Counted from the first letter of the stretch, positions 10,080-21,766 are shown. The stretch is DNA of 47,920 bases from Opitutales bacterium (GCA_049599475.1 JBMYOQ010000024.1:1-47920), one strand, 5' to 3'. Translations and numbers: made by a program. Notes: generated by a model from the sequence alone, not told the origin.

Positions 10080-11224
10080 TGTCATACGACAAACGATGGC
10101 TCTTGTGCCTCGCCGTATGGTTCTCCGGCATTTTATATGCGGAGGATTCGCCCACTGCTCCGGGCGACGGCTTGATTCTAATCGAAGGGCGGGAGTTTGA
10201 GCTCGTTTGCGTGGATCGTATAGCGGGCAACAGTCTACGGGGTGAACTCTATAATTTTGGACAGTTTGCGACTCGGTTATTCCGTGTTCAGGGAGAATAT
10301 GAAGCGTGGCCAGTGAGAGTCGTATGGGTCGATCCACCTCGCTCAGGGAAGCCTTGGGAGGTATCCTGGGGAGGCTTGAATCAAGTGGTATTGACTATAA
10401 GTGATCAGGCTACTCAAGACGATCGAAGCCTCTATGAGGGCTTGGCTGCAGCTTGGTTGATGCGTGAGGCCGTTTCCATCGGGGGTATCGAGACTGTTGA
10501 AAATATTCCAGAGTGGATCATATCAGGATTGGCTCTCGATTTTATCAAAAGCCGTTACCCTTCGGCGGATGCTGCATGGCTGGACATGGCTCGGCAGGAG
10601 CAACCCTTGCCTCTGCGTGACCTTCTAGAGCTGAGCTATGCGGAATCTGGAGAGAGTTGGGGACTGGCGACACAAGCATGGCATCTTTTTGATCGTCTAC
10701 TCGCTATGGCCGTTGGCCAGGAGGAAAAGGTAACCGTTGCGAGAGCGCTACTGTCTGGAGGGGATCCGCGGGTATATATCAGCCAGAGGGCATTCCGTGA
10801 GGAGAGCACTCCGAACTCATTTGCAGAAGTGTGGTGGATCAGTGAATGGGACCGCTTCGTTTGGGATGGCGTGCAACGGGTCTGGCCCTTGGATATGTCT
10901 CGAGCTGATCTCGAGCGCTTGGCATTTTGGTCTCTTAAGCTGGATGGAAACGAAGTCTGGATAGACGCCTCAATCTTCCTTAAGCGCGATGGGATTCTGA
11001 GCACGGAATTGGCGCTACAGATGGAGAAACGGGTAACTTATATCAAACGAGCCTTTGCGCAGATAAATCCAGCGTATGCCAATGCACTGCACTCGCTCGG
11101 ACTGTATTACGAAGCGCTTTTACTTGAGAAGCAGACTGAGGCCGCGCAGATCTGGGAAACGTTTAGTCGAGATATTCGCTCGGGAAGAGAAATTTGGCAG
11201 GCAATCCAGCGTTCGGAATCTTAA
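10079..11224 (+). CDS. Hypothetical secreted protein
   Basis: ATG at 10079 coupled to the upstream TAA; signal peptide MSYDKRWLLCLAVWFSGILYA. Confidence 0.72.
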   Translation: MSYDKRWLLCLAVWFSGILYAEDSPTAPGDGLILIEGREFELVCVDRIAGNSLRGELYNFGQFATRLFRVQGEYEAWPVRVVWVDPPRSGKPWEVSWGGLNQVVLTISDQATQDDRSLYEGLAAAWLMREAVSIGGIETVENIPEWIISGLALDFIKSRYPSADAAWLDMARQEQPLPLRDLLELSYAESGESWGLATQAWHLFDRLLAMAVGQEEKVTVARALLSGGDPRVYISQRAFREESTPNSFAEVWWISEWDRFVWDGVQRVWPLDMSRADLERLAFWSLKLDGNEVWIDASIFLKRDGILSTELALQMEKRVTYIKRAFAQINPAYANALHSLGLYYEALLLEKQTEAAQIWETFSRDIRSGREIWQAIQRSES

Positions 11225-11703
11225 GAATCGCGGCTGAATTTCCAAAATTCTAGAGGCCCAGACGTCTCGAGGCATGTTTTCTTTGGAAAGCTTGTTTCGA
11301 CTCTTGGAAAGGTCGCATCGCCCGCGAAGTCCTCTTGAATAATGGTCAAATACAGCTCGGCACAACGATCCATACCGAGGGCGTAGACTTCGGCTCCACC
11401 CGCAAGCCAGATTGGACCAGGCGTGCCGAGAGCTTCGACCTCATCAAGACTGCGAACGAGTAAGACGCCCTCTGGAAAGTCTTCAGGTTTTGCAGTTCGA
11501 CTGAGAACCACCGTTGTCCGTTTGGGGAGCGGACGTCCGATAGACTCATAGGTCTTGCGTCCCATCACTAGGGTAGCGCCTAGGGTATTCTTTTTAAACC
11601 ACCTATAATCCTCCGGGAAATGCCACGGGATCGTGTTTTTATCGCCGATTACGCGATTGCGCGCCATGGCGGCAATCGCTTTCCAAGATCCACTTGCACT
11701 CAT
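11221..11703 (-). CDS. folA: Dihydrofolate reductase
   Basis: [44 protein letters not shown] overlap with thyA. Confidence 0.96.
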   Translation of the reverse strand: MSASGSWKAIAAMARNRVIGDKNTIPWHFPEDYRWFKKNTLGATLVMGRKTYESIGRPLPKRTTVVLSRTAKPEDFPEGVLLVRSLDEVEALGTPGPIWLAGGAEVYALGMDRCAELYLTIIQEDFAGDATFPRVETSFPKKTCLETSGPLEFWKFSRDS

Positions 11704-12497
11704 ACGGCAATAGGAGCCTTGATAACTGGATGTGGATCGTAATCAGTGATCTTGATATCACCGTAGTCAAAATCCTCAAGGCGCTTGATTTCCGGATTTA
11801 GAGATAGTTTTGGTAGGGGTCTAGGAGCGCGCGAAAGTTGCAGTTTCGCTTGTTCGACATGATTGGCGTACAGATGCAGATCACCGAATGTGTGGACGAA
11901 GTCGCCTGGCTTTAAGTCGCAGATCTGCGCGATCATGCAGGTGAGCAAAGCATAGGATGCAATGTTGAAAGGGACGCCGAGAAAAATGTCGGCTGAGCGC
12001 TGGTAAAGCTGGCAGCTCAACTCGCCTTTCGGTGAAACGAAGAACTGAAACATCGCATGACACGGCGGCAGGGCCATTTGATCGAGTTCACCGGGATTCC
12101 AGGCGCAGACAATGTGGCGCCGACTGAATGGATTATTTCGGATGCTATCGACTACCTCGGACACCTGGTTGATCGAGCTGCCGTCCGGCTTGCGCCAGTC
12201 GGTCCACTGAGCGCCGTAAACCCGGCCGAGGTCGCCGTTTTCATCGGCCCATTCGTCCCAAATAGTGACATTATTGTCGTTGAGGTATTTGATGTTGGTC
12301 TCACCTTTCAAAAACCACAGCAGTTCGTAAATGATTGAGCGGGTATGCACCTTCTTCGTAGTCAAAAGAGGGAAGGAGTCTCGGAGGGAATAGCGAGTCT
12401 GGGCTCCAAAAACGGCGTAGGTGCCGACGCCTGTTCTGTCGTCACGATATTTACCGTTTTCCAGAACGTCTTTAAGCAGGTCGAGGTAGGTCTTCAT
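11700..12497 (-). CDS. thyA: Thymidylate synthase
   Basis: DRTGVGT, ELLWFL, MALPPCH catalytic Cys, [18 protein letters not shown]. Confidence 0.98.
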   Translation of the reverse strand: MKTYLDLLKDVLENGKYRDDRTGVGTYAVFGAQTRYSLRDSFPLLTTKKVHTRSIIYELLWFLKGETNIKYLNDNNVTIWDEWADENGDLGRVYGAQWTDWRKPDGSSINQVSEVVDSIRNNPFSRRHIVCAWNPGELDQMALPPCHAMFQFFVSPKGELSCQLYQRSADIFLGVPFNIASYALLTCMIAQICDLKPGDFVHTFGDLHLYANHVEQAKLQLSRAPRPLPKLSLNPEIKRLEDFDYGDIKITDYDPHPVIKAPIAV

Positions 12498-12611
12498 TCA
12501 GTGGTATCTAAAAAGCTGTCATTCCATAGAGGCTGATTTTTGAGAAAGCTGCAAGCAGGCATGGAAGAGATTTCCATTGAAAAGTTAATGGCCACGCCTA
12601 AAACGTTCACC

Positions 12612-13154
12612 ATGCGCCTCTTACCCCTTTTTGTCGCCGCACTGATTGCCTCTCAGATTGCATCGGCCGCACGTCCCATTGATGTCACGCAGCGCAATAG
12701 TGTATTCCCAAATCGGAAATACGATAAAAGCACGATTCCATTGAAAGAGAATAAGGGATTGGCGGATCAGCGTTTTCAAAAAAAGGACTGGCAGGGTGAG
12801 AAAATGAGCCGAGTTGGAGACCAACGCGCTCCCATTCAGATGAATGGCACCTTCGATAAGGATATTAAGGAGTTCCCCTCTTTTCGGAGGGATGATGCTC
12901 GGATCTCTATGGATGATCGCGCCTATGGCGTGGATGGCCGAGAGGCGCGCTTAGAAAAATGGAATGAGCGCTGGGACAAAGACACTGCGTGGAAGTTTGA
13001 TGTGGAACCCATTCCGGGAGCACTCATGGGACTCAATGAATATTACCTCTTGTCGGAGCAAATTTCGATGCAAGACATCAACCGCTATCAGTTCCGTCGA
13101 TCTCATTCTAGCGACGAGGGTCTTGAGAAGGTGCGCGCGGGCTCAAAGGAGTAA
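12612..13154 (+). CDS. Hypothetical secreted protein
   Basis: Signal peptide MRLLPLFVAALIASQIASA from ATG 12612; C-terminal SMQDINRYQFRR. Confidence 0.7.
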   Translation: MRLLPLFVAALIASQIASAARPIDVTQRNSVFPNRKYDKSTIPLKENKGLADQRFQKKDWQGEKMSRVGDQRAPIQMNGTFDKDIKEFPSFRRDDARISMDDRAYGVDGREARLEKWNERWDKDTAWKFDVEPIPGALMGLNEYYLLSEQISMQDINRYQFRRSHSSDEGLEKVRAGSKE

Positions 13155-13277
13155 TAATTGTATTTGAAAATGGGTTATCTGGACCCATGAGAATGGCTCG
13201 ACAGTGTTACTAATTTTTCTTTGGGAAATTTTAGGTTTTCACTCCCGTTCCCTTGGGGCGAACCGATACTATATTAT

Positions 13278-13862
13278 ATGTGGTTTCGGTGCATTTCCTT
13301 CGCGTTTTTGATAAGCTCTTCGCTCGTATTTAGTGTATGCGCATGGGCTGATGTGAAGGGGGCAGATTTGCGATTAGACGTGAGTCGTGTGGACCCATAC
13401 ATTTTTCCAGTTCCTGGTGAATTTTCAGCCTATGTTGTGAGCGGGTTTGTACGCTCGACCAACAGCACTGAAGGGGCCGGTGGTATGCAGAACGTGTGCG
13501 TCCTAGTGTCTGCAGATCATTCGGCTCCAACACCTGGATCTTCTCTCAGTGTTGAGCTGTTTGAGCCGGGGGTCGCAGAGCTCGAACGCCTTCGGACCGA
13601 ATATGATAAGTATTCTAAAAAGCTGGTGAGTGTTTATATGCAGATGCCGGAGTTATCATTCTTCCGGCTACTGGATGAGTTGCCCATCGAAGAACAAGCT
13701 CGAATATTCGCGATGATGAAGGCGGAAGATCTCGCCAAGTATCTCAGCATCTTGGAGCCGAAGAAGGCCCATACCATTACCGCATTGCTTGCAAAGCAAA
13801 GGCAGATCACGGGCGTATTTGTCTCTGCCAAAAGTAAAGACCTTGTCGTGTTTAGCCGGTAG
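13278..13862 (+). CDS. Hypothetical exported protein with MgtE-N/FliG-like (MotE/FlbB-type) helical C-terminal region
   Basis: Signal-like N-terminus; repeats KKLVSVYMQM...ARIFAMMKAEDLAKYLSILEPKKA. Confidence 0.55.
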   Translation: MWFRCISFAFLISSSLVFSVCAWADVKGADLRLDVSRVDPYIFPVPGEFSAYVVSGFVRSTNSTEGAGGMQNVCVLVSADHSAPTPGSSLSVELFEPGVAELERLRTEYDKYSKKLVSVYMQMPELSFFRLLDELPIEEQARIFAMMKAEDLAKYLSILEPKKAHTITALLAKQRQITGVFVSAKSKDLVVFSR

Positions 13863-13948
13863 GCGGATTGCAGCTCGTTCAAAACGAGTTTGGCGAATAC
13901 CGCGTATTCTTTTTGAGTTTTCCGCGATTTCATTGGTTACTCCAAACC

Positions 13949-15076
13949 ATGATGTCTGATGATCCCGAGAAAACGGCGTTTAAGGATTGGTTCGATGCGT
14001 CCGCGGCCAAAGCCTTGGCTAAGCAGATCAAAGCGGTAAAACCGGATTTTGAGTCGAAAAAATTTATCAATGCGGCTTGTCGGGATTTGGACTCACTCGA
14101 GATGATGGCTCGGGTTGCCCAGTTTGCGGAGGCATTGCGCGATCGTTTACCCGAAGAGATCCCTGATGCCTTAGACGTTTTGGTCGCGAGTTTGCCTGAG
14201 GCTATGCAGGATTGCGAGGCGATCACCGAAGGCTGGCTGCAATGGCCGATCGGATATTTTATTGGCACGTATTGCGTTGATTACTACGCGGAGTCACTGC
14301 ATGCGATGATCGAATTTACGCAGCGATTCAGTGCCGAGTTCGCTATACGGCCTTTTGCCGATCGTTACCCCGAGCAAGTATTCGATGATCTATTGCACCT
14401 TGCTCAGACACATCACAGTCCGCATGTGCGTAGATGGGCTAGCGAGGGGATTCGTCCTCGGCTTCCCTGGGGACGCAAATTGCGAGGCTTGATCGGCGAT
14501 CCAAGTCCGCTGTGGCCGATCCTTGAATCCCTCAAAGATGATCCGGAGCTCTATGTGCGGCGCTCCGTTGCGAACAATCTGAACGATATTGCGAAGGACC
14601 ATCCGGAGGCTGTGGTCGCCCGCTGCAAAAAATGGGCAAAAGGCGCCTCTGCAGAACGACTCTGGGTCATCAAACACGGTTTGCGTAGCTTAATTAAGAA
14701 CGGGCATCCCGGAGCTCTGGCAATTATCGGGTTTCCTCCTCCCAAACACATCGAGTTGGCCTTAAAGGTCTCACCGAAGACGATTGAAGTAGGCGAACCT
14801 GTAAAGATTGAGCTGAGGGTCAGCAATCATCATGAGCGAACTCAAAATCTGATCATCGATTACGCCGTCGGCTTTGTCCGACAAGGCGGAAAGATGGGTA
14901 GAAAAGTCTTTAAAGGAACCACTCTAAAGCTTGGTGCGAGGGAGAGTGCCAAATGGAACAAAGCGCACCCAATGAAGATTACCACCGTCCGCAGGCTTTA
15001 TTCCGGCATACATACCCTCGAGGTTCAAGTAAACGGCCAGACGCTGGCTCGTGGTGAATTTACCTTAAAGCTTTAA
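13949..15076 (+). CDS. alkC: AlkC-type HEAT-repeat DNA alkylation repair glycosylase with C-terminal Ig-like domain
   Basis: FSAEFAIRPF, VRRWASEGIRPRLPW, YVRRSVANNLNDIAKDHP, beta-rich tail (IDYAV...TTVRRLYSG.H..QVNG). Confidence 0.85.
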   Translation: MMSDDPEKTAFKDWFDASAAKALAKQIKAVKPDFESKKFINAACRDLDSLEMMARVAQFAEALRDRLPEEIPDALDVLVASLPEAMQDCEAITEGWLQWPIGYFIGTYCVDYYAESLHAMIEFTQRFSAEFAIRPFADRYPEQVFDDLLHLAQTHHSPHVRRWASEGIRPRLPWGRKLRGLIGDPSPLWPILESLKDDPELYVRRSVANNLNDIAKDHPEAVVARCKKWAKGASAERLWVIKHGLRSLIKNGHPGALAIIGFPPPKHIELALKVSPKTIEVGEPVKIELRVSNHHERTQNLIIDYAVGFVRQGGKMGRKVFKGTTLKLGARESAKWNKAHPMKITTVRRLYSGIHTLEVQVNGQTLARGEFTLKL

Positions 15077-15266
15077 GGCGATATATATATTGGATTAGGC
15101 CACGACAATTTCCAGGGGGTGGTCTCACTCATGATATCCCTCGCGCAGTCCAGAATTCGTTCTGCCTTAGATGTTTTGAGGGGCGGCAGAGAGTTTTATG
15201 AAATTTTATTGATAGCCTGTTCGATCTGCGTTCCCCTGGGTTCAATCTCTGCTGTTTTGTAATCTT

Positions 15267-17591
15267 ATGTCTAGCGTCTCCTCTAAAAGTTTGTGTTTTA
15301 AAATTGTTGTTTTGGGTGCCTTGTGTTCTGGGCTACTTTGGTTGTCGCTTAGTCGTGAGAGTCTAATTACGTCTGTTTCTCAAAGCGATGAATCGGGCGT
15401 AACCGATTCTAGTTTAAGCAATAATCAAGGATCAAACTCCCCACACCATTGCGAGGCCTGCACATCGGAGTCAAAAGCCAGTCAACATGTTGCGAATGGA
15501 GAGGGTGTGGATGTAGACCTACCTCCTCTACTATATGATAATGAGACAATAGACGCTTATTTGTGGGCTTCTGGTGTTGAAATGCCACCAGTGATCGCCC
15601 GTTTTCCGTTGGCAGATGGCACGAGCGCAAGGGTTCAGTTTTTGAGATCACAAAGGATTCAGCAGGGGCAGTTTGATGGAGTGCAGTGGCAAGGGCAAAT
15701 TGAGGGAATCGAGTATAGTAGCGTAAATTACACACATTGGAAAGGTGCGGTGTTTGCCTCGGTTTATGCGGGCGCAGCGGGAACATATGAGTGGAGAGGA
15801 AAGCCAGGCGACGTGAAGGCCTACGAAGTGACCTCTGAGCAAATCATGGAGTGTGTTGCGTCTGACGCAGATGATGCTACTAACAAGGGCCTTCTAAGCG
15901 GAATCGTGCATTCTTCAGCGAAGAGGGACACAAAGATCCAGAGTGTAAACGCGGAAGGCTCAGCATCGACTGTGATAGATGTTTTAATTTGTTATACGCA
16001 AGCGGCTGCAGACGAATTTGGGGGGAATTCAATCCTAGAGGCCAAAATTTGGACTGCCGTTGGAGATGCAAATACCGCCTTCAGTAACAGTGGTGTTGAT
16101 ATGACCATGAGTGCTTATGTCCATCTGCTAGAAAATTACGACAGGGACCCTGATTTAAGCTTTGATGATGAATTGCTTGAATCGCTGGAGGATGCTTCGG
16201 ACCCCGGTTTGGTAGAGTTTGGGGATCTTCGAGAGAGTTACGAAGCGGATTTTGCATGTCTTTGGCTAAATAATAATTTGAACGGAGGAAAGGCTAATGT
16301 TTTGACTCTAGCTATTGCGAGATATGCTCCGGAATCAGCGGTGAGTGTCGTGCGTGCTCGCAATCCCACGAGCACCTTTGTTCACGAGATAGGGCATAAT
16401 ATGGGGTGTCGTCATTTGCGGGATTCCTATTCAGGCACGCCCAGTTCCTGGGACTCCTATTCATTCGCCCACATTTTCGATGGATCGGATGAGAATCGTT
16501 ACGTAACGGTAATGAGTTCGACTACTAATGCATCTAATGAGGGGGCGACACGGGTACTGTATTTTTCGAATCCTGAAGTCTTGCTAGAAGGCGAGGCAAC
16601 TGGTGTCGCTGATTTAAGTAACTGTGCGCTTACTCTTCAAAATAACCGATTGACCTACGCAGGTTTTTGGGGAGCTGTGCCGTTTTTTGCAGAGCCAGAC
16701 GAAGTCCTCTTGGGGCCTGCGGGTGAGGGGGAAACAATCGAATTGTTTTTTGCTTATGTGCTAGAGAACGGGCAGATCGAACCGTGGGAGACTGATTGGT
16801 TGTCGATTCCTGATCCCGTATTTTCGGGTAGTGAAGTTCCTCTTACGGTAGCTGCTGCTCCGAATTTAACGGATACCGTGAGAAGCGGGCAGGTGCGAAT
16901 TTCGGCAGAAGGTGTCTCTGATATTTACGTGAAAGTGACCCAGACCGAAAATTTAGGCATTACTTTGAATGAGAGCTTTATCGGCGGAAGCTTTTTCGAA
17001 GGTGCTAATGTGAGTTTTTTTGCGGATGCTATTGCTGTGGGCGACTTGTCCTATCAATGGTATTTGAACGATGAAGTCCTTGTTGGAGAAACGGACTCGA
17101 AATTGACTATTGCACGTCTGGGCGAAAGCGAGACGGGTGTTTACAAACTCGTCGTGACTCATGCCGTGGATATGCTGGAGTTGTCCGGCGAACTCGTCTC
17201 CTATGCCAACGAGCCGTTAGAAAATTTGTTTAGTGAGATCTATGAATTTGAGGAATCAAGCTCAGGCGAAGGGTATACAGGAACTGCAGAGACTCCGACT
17301 CAATGGAGTTTCGTCGATTGGTTTGGGCTGATGGAAACATCGAATTACCCATGGGTTTACCATCAATCAATGTCTTGGATTCTTTTGCAGGCGGCAGACG
17401 AGAGCGAGTCCAACAGCGAACGCACTTGGATTTGGTTTCCGAATACTGATGAATGGTACTTGTTTAGTGATTCAACTGATCCGTGGGTGTGGTCTGATGA
17501 TGCACAAGCTTGGCATTATCTCTATCAAATGTCCGGTGTGTCGTGGGTTTATGATTACAACACACGCTCTTGGAACCGGCTCGCCGAATAG
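15267..17591 (+). CDS. Secreted M12 (reprolysin-like) zinc metallopeptidase with BACON-like, Ig-like and Trp-rich C-terminal domains
   Basis: N-terminal hydrophobic segment, IDVLICYT, HEIGHNMGCRH zinc motif, Met-turn VTVMS, LYFSNPEV, LSYQWYLN...GVYKLVV. Confidence 0.88.
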   Translation: MSSVSSKSLCFKIVVLGALCSGLLWLSLSRESLITSVSQSDESGVTDSSLSNNQGSNSPHHCEACTSESKASQHVANGEGVDVDLPPLLYDNETIDAYLWASGVEMPPVIARFPLADGTSARVQFLRSQRIQQGQFDGVQWQGQIEGIEYSSVNYTHWKGAVFASVYAGAAGTYEWRGKPGDVKAYEVTSEQIMECVASDADDATNKGLLSGIVHSSAKRDTKIQSVNAEGSASTVIDVLICYTQAAADEFGGNSILEAKIWTAVGDANTAFSNSGVDMTMSAYVHLLENYDRDPDLSFDDELLESLEDASDPGLVEFGDLRESYEADFACLWLNNNLNGGKANVLTLAIARYAPESAVSVVRARNPTSTFVHEIGHNMGCRHLRDSYSGTPSSWDSYSFAHIFDGSDENRYVTVMSSTTNASNEGATRVLYFSNPEVLLEGEATGVADLSNCALTLQNNRLTYAGFWGAVPFFAEPDEVLLGPAGEGETIELFFAYVLENGQIEPWETDWLSIPDPVFSGSEVPLTVAAAPNLTDTVRSGQVRISAEGVSDIYVKVTQTENLGITLNESFIGGSFFEGANVSFFADAIAVGDLSYQWYLNDEVLVGETDSKLTIARLGESETGVYKLVVTHAVDMLELSGELVSYANEPLENLFSEIYEFEESSSGEGYTGTAETPTQWSFVDWFGLMETSNYPWVYHQSMSWILLQAADESESNSERTWIWFPNTDEWYLFSDSTDPWVWSDDAQAWHYLYQMSGVSWVYDYNTRSWNRLAE

Positions 17592-17614
17592 GGCCGGGCT
17601 CTAAGTGCCTGTCC

Positions 17615-20600
17615 TTAGCTGGCTTTTTTTCGGCCCCAGCTGCGGGTGTTTTCGGCTAGGTTAGGGACGCCGTCGACCTCGAGCCAGACGCCTTTGACGG
17701 CGCCGTGTTTATAAAGAGTCTGGAAGCGTGGCCCGGTAAGCCCCCAGCTGAGTGATGGGGCGAGGTCTGTCATGAGCACTTGCCCATTTTTATCGGTAAA
17801 TCCGACTTCGACTGTCACCGAACCGTGTTCGACTTCGAGGCGTTCACGCAGGAGCTGAATAAACGCAGGCATGTGCGGTGATTCTGTATTTAGAATGAAT
17901 GACACGCGTTTCACTGAGCGGCTGACGTATTCGGTCACGGGGATCACTTCCTCGGCGCGGAGGGAGATCTCGCCATCGCGTTTCGATGTGGTTGCGTGAA
18001 CGACGACGATCGCTTCGTCGCGGAGTCGAGTGCCGAAGTTTTCGAAAGCATCGGCAAACATCAGGAACTCAAAGGTGTGTTTTTTCGTGGCGAGATTGAA
18101 GATGGACCAAGGGCGGTTGTCGCGTTTGGAGAGTTTCTTCTGAATGCCGCCGAGAATTCCGCAAATGCGCACTGGCGTGCGGTCGCCCATTTTTTGGAGA
18201 TCTTCTTCGGTGATCGAATCAAAGGCCTGGCTCAAACCGTCGAAATCATTCATGGGATGCCCTGACATATAGAAGCCGAGTAGATCTTTTTCATTACTCA
18301 ACTTCTCAGAGATCGGCATGACCATTTTACGTTTAGGAGTGCTTCTCGATGCTGCTTGATCTTCCTCCGGCTCGCCGCCCATGTCGAACATATCAAAGAG
18401 GGCCGCTTGTCCGCGTTCTTTGTCCTTTTGCTCCGCGGCCACGATGGCCATGACTTCGTCGAGATCGTGTAAGAGCTGGGCCCTGTCTTCGCCCAAGGAA
18501 TCGAATCCACCCGATTTAATGAGACATTCCATTACGCGTCGGTTTACGGCTTTTCCGTCTACGCGGCGGGCAAAATCGGAGAACGACTCGTATGGGCCGT
18601 TGGCCTCGCGCTCCTCGATAATCGCGTGGGCCGCAGAATCGCCCACGCCCTTGATCGCCGCCATACCGAAACGAATTTTTCCGTATAGGTTATCCAGATC
18701 CCCATCCCAATCGCGTGGGCTGCTTTCTACGGATGGGGCGAATGCATCACGCGATTCATTGACATCCGGTCCGAGGACGGGAATGCGCATCGCGGTACAC
18801 TCCTCGACGAAGTTTTTTACCTTGTCGGAGTTGCCGAGCTCTGAGGAGAGTACGGCTGCCATAAACTCAATCGGGTAGTTGGCTTTTAAATACGCGGTGC
18901 GGTAGGAGAGCATCGCATAAGCCGCGGAGTGGGACTTATTGAAGCCGTATTTCGCAAATTTCTCTAGAATACCAAAGACTTCTAAAGCCTGCTTTGTATT
19001 GATATTATTATGCTTCTTGGCGCCCTCGACAAAGATGTCTTTCTGCGCGTCCATGACCTCCTTAATCTTCTTACCCATCGCACGGCGCAAGATATCCGCG
19101 CCTCCCAGGGTATACCCGGCTACAATCTGAGCAGCCTGCATTACCTGCTCTTGGTAGACCAATACACCGTAGGTTTCAGATACCAATTCCTTGAGCAGGG
19201 GATGAGGGATCTGAATTGTTGATGGGTCTTTCTTTCCCTCAATGTATTGGGGAATGAATTGCATCGGTCCTGGACGATAAAGAGCGATCAACGCGATGAT
19301 CTCCTCGAAGGTCGACAGACCGAGCTGGCGGCATAGCTGTTGCATGCCTCCGGATTCCAACTGGAATACTGCTTTTGTCTTACCCGAGTTGAAGAGGTCG
19401 AAGGTGCGTTGATCGTCCAGAGGCACTGTCTCGATATTGAAATCGGGATCATTCGCAGTCCGCTGCACATTGTCTTGGGCGTCCGATATGACAGTAAGTG
19501 TCTTCAGTCCCAAGAAATCCATTTTCAACATGCCTAAGTCTTCAACCGGACCTTTCGCATATTGCGTGGTGAGATCGCCTTCCTGGAGGGTGAGCGGGAC
19601 AATGTTTGTCAGCGGTTGGTCTCCAATGATCACACCACAGGCGTGTTTACCGGTATTGCGGACCATACCCTCGATCACTTTTCCTTCCTCGATGATGCGC
19701 TTGGCTACCTCGTTGCGCTGCATTTCTGTGCGCAGGTCGGTAGATTTTTCGATGGAATCTTGCAGAGAAATGTTGAGCTCGTCCGGGATCATTTTGGCGA
19801 GCTTGTCGGCGTCGGCGTAAGGGACGTCGTTTACGCGGGCCAAGTCGCGGATGATCATCTTTGCACCAAAGGTACCGTAGGTGATGATGTTGGCAACGTG
19901 ATCAGCTCCGTATTTGTCGCGGACGTAGTTGACCACGAGGTCGCGGCGGCGCATGCAGAAGTCGACGTCGAAATCGGGCGGCGAGACACGTTCCAAATTC
20001 AACATACGCTCGAAGAGGAGTCCGAAGCTCAGAGGATCGATGTCGGTAATTTTTAGGACAAAGGCGACCACGCAACCCGCTCCCGAGCCACGCCCTGGGC
20101 CTACCGGGATCCCTTGTTTGCGCGCCCAGTCGATGAAGTCCCAAACGATCAAAAAGTAATCGATGAAGCCCGTGCCGGTGATGATGGCTAGTTCGTAATC
20201 GAGCTGATCACAGACCTTCTTCGCGTAGGGGAGATCGATTTCTTTGCCAAAGGGTGTTTTGCGCGGAAGGCTGGCGTCTTCAGGGATAGACTCTTGGTCT
20301 ACCCAGGCATCATAAGCGCCTTTTTTATACTGGTCGTAGTCTACATTGTAGCGCTCGTTCAGGCCTGTTTTACAGAGCTCGAAAAGGAAGAGTCCGTTCT
20401 CGCGAAACTCGGCGCGTTCGGCATCGCTGAGGGGCTCGGGATCCGGCTCACCGTTTTGGCGGCACACCGCTGTCTTTTTCTCGATGTAAATATCGAGAAT
20501 GTGATCAAAATGCTCTTTGTCGGGATTGTAGGTGATCTCGACCGGCCGTTCGTATTTCGGATAATGGTTTTCGCCAAAGGCGATATCGAGATCCACCATC

Positions 20601-21487
20601 TCGGCCACCTTTACGGTGTTGCTGATCGACTCGGGAACCTCCTTGAAAATATTGAGCATCTCGTCGTGGCTCTTTAGGTAGAACTCATTGCATGGATAAC
20701 GCATGCGCTGCTCGTCGATGATCTTCTTACCGGTCTGGATGCAGAGTAGGGCGTCGTGGGGGCTCCAGTCGCTCTTCAGGACGTAGTGGACATCGTTTGC
20801 GGCAACCAGGGGCAGGTCGAACTCTTTGGAAAGTTTGATCAAGTTGGGAATGATGCGTCGTTGTGCGTTCATCCCGTGGTCTTGGAGTTCTATAAAATAA
20901 TTCTCTTTCCCGAAAATATCGATGAAATCAGCGGTGACTTGGCGAGCCTTCTCGTAGTTGTTGTAGATCAGGTGTTGCGCCGCGACTCCGTTGATGCAGC
21001 CAGATAGACCGATAATGCCCTCGGAGTGCGCTGCGAGCTTCTCCATATCGGTGCGCGGACGGTAATATTGGCCGTTGATGTGGGCATCTGAAACCAGTTT
21101 CGATAGGTTCTGGTAGCCTTTGAAATTCTTGGCGATGAGCGTCTTATGGTGGATTTGGTAACGCGGGAAGTCCTCTGGCGACAGAGCATCTTCGGGCACG
21201 TCATCGATATCGTCGGAGCGTTTGCGGTCGCGCTTCGGCCGCTCGGACTGCTTGTGGTCGTGAACCAGGTAGATTTCGCAACCAATCAGGGGTTTAATGC
21301 CCGCCTTTTTTGCATTCTTGATGAAGTCCATGGCTCCAAACAGATTACCGTGATCAGTCATCGCCAGGGCCGGCATACCGAGTTCGGCAGCGCGTTTGGT
21401 CAGTCTGTCACAGCGTGCGCAACCATCGAGGAGGGAGTAATCGGTATGGACGTGGAGATGGACGAAAGGCGGTTGCTCAGAAGACAT
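17615..21487 (-). CDS. dnaE: DNA polymerase III alpha subunit
   Basis: [60 protein letters not shown]. Confidence 0.98.
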   Translation of the reverse strand: MSSEQPPFVHLHVHTDYSLLDGCARCDRLTKRAAELGMPALAMTDHGNLFGAMDFIKNAKKAGIKPLIGCEIYLVHDHKQSERPKRDRKRSDDIDDVPEDALSPEDFPRYQIHHKTLIAKNFKGYQNLSKLVSDAHINGQYYRPRTDMEKLAAHSEGIIGLSGCINGVAAQHLIYNNYEKARQVTADFIDIFGKENYFIELQDHGMNAQRRIIPNLIKLSKEFDLPLVAANDVHYVLKSDWSPHDALLCIQTGKKIIDEQRMRYPCNEFYLKSHDEMLNIFKEVPESISNTVKVAEMVDLDIAFGENHYPKYERPVEITYNPDKEHFDHILDIYIEKKTAVCRQNGEPDPEPLSDAERAEFRENGLFLFELCKTGLNERYNVDYDQYKKGAYDAWVDQESIPEDASLPRKTPFGKEIDLPYAKKVCDQLDYELAIITGTGFIDYFLIVWDFIDWARKQGIPVGPGRGSGAGCVVAFVLKITDIDPLSFGLLFERMLNLERVSPPDFDVDFCMRRRDLVVNYVRDKYGADHVANIITYGTFGAKMIIRDLARVNDVPYADADKLAKMIPDELNISLQDSIEKSTDLRTEMQRNEVAKRIIEEGKVIEGMVRNTGKHACGVIIGDQPLTNIVPLTLQEGDLTTQYAKGPVEDLGMLKMDFLGLKTLTVISDAQDNVQRTANDPDFNIETVPLDDQRTFDLFNSGKTKAVFQLESGGMQQLCRQLGLSTFEEIIALIALYRPGPMQFIPQYIEGKKDPSTIQIPHPLLKELVSETYGVLVYQEQVMQAAQIVAGYTLGGADILRRAMGKKIKEVMDAQKDIFVEGAKKHNNINTKQALEVFGILEKFAKYGFNKSHSAAYAMLSYRTAYLKANYPIEFMAAVLSSELGNSDKVKNFVEECTAMRIPVLGPDVNESRDAFAPSVESSPRDWDGDLDNLYGKIRFGMAAIKGVGDSAAHAIIEEREANGPYESFSDFARRVDGKAVNRRVMECLIKSGGFDSLGEDRAQLLHDLDEVMAIVAAEQKDKERGQAALFDMFDMGGEPEEDQAASRSTPKRKMVMPISEKLSNEKDLLGFYMSGHPMNDFDGLSQAFDSITEEDLQKMGDRTPVRICGILGGIQKKLSKRDNRPWSIFNLATKKHTFEFLMFADAFENFGTRLRDEAIVVVHATTSKRDGEISLRAEEVIPVTEYVSRSVKRVSFILNTESPHMPAFIQLLRERLEVEHGSVTVEVGFTDKNGQVLMTDLAPSLSWGLTGPRFQTLYKHGAVKGVWLEVDGVPNLAENTRSWGRKKAS

Positions 21488-21766
21488 TCTAGGGAAGTTA
21501 ACTCAAAGATCTCTGCTCTCAAGGGAAACCTCACTTTGTGAAAAAGTAATCGCAATAGGAGGGTCTCCCTCGACTCTCAAAGGCACTTAGCTCGCGAGTG
21601 GAAATTCAGGCGATTTATTTCGAGGCGCAAATGGTCAGGATCGCGGTCACATTTATTAAATGCGTAAACGATTAATCGAAACTTCTTGCGCCCAACCGCT
21701 GTTGTGATGAGACGTAGTAGGTAAATGCGTAGTCGCAAGTGCCGACTAGTTTCCCCTATACACAAA

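Noticed and set aside
13278..13862. Evidence for a flagellar locus or Mg2+ transporter
   Set aside because: Only a weak helical-repeat resemblance; no flagellar neighbours and no MgtE membrane or CBS domains.
17601..17616. TAAGTGCCTGTCC after the metallopeptidase, resembling the 40-mer submotif TTATGCCTAGCCC
   Set aside because: A single, short, imperfect match with no counterpart seen at the other end of the gene; insufficient to call a cassette boundary.
17615..21487. Intein as the cause of the long DnaE
   Set aside because: No intein N-terminal C/S block, no HN-C/S/T junction and no LAGLIDADG motif; the extra length lies in PHP-region loops.
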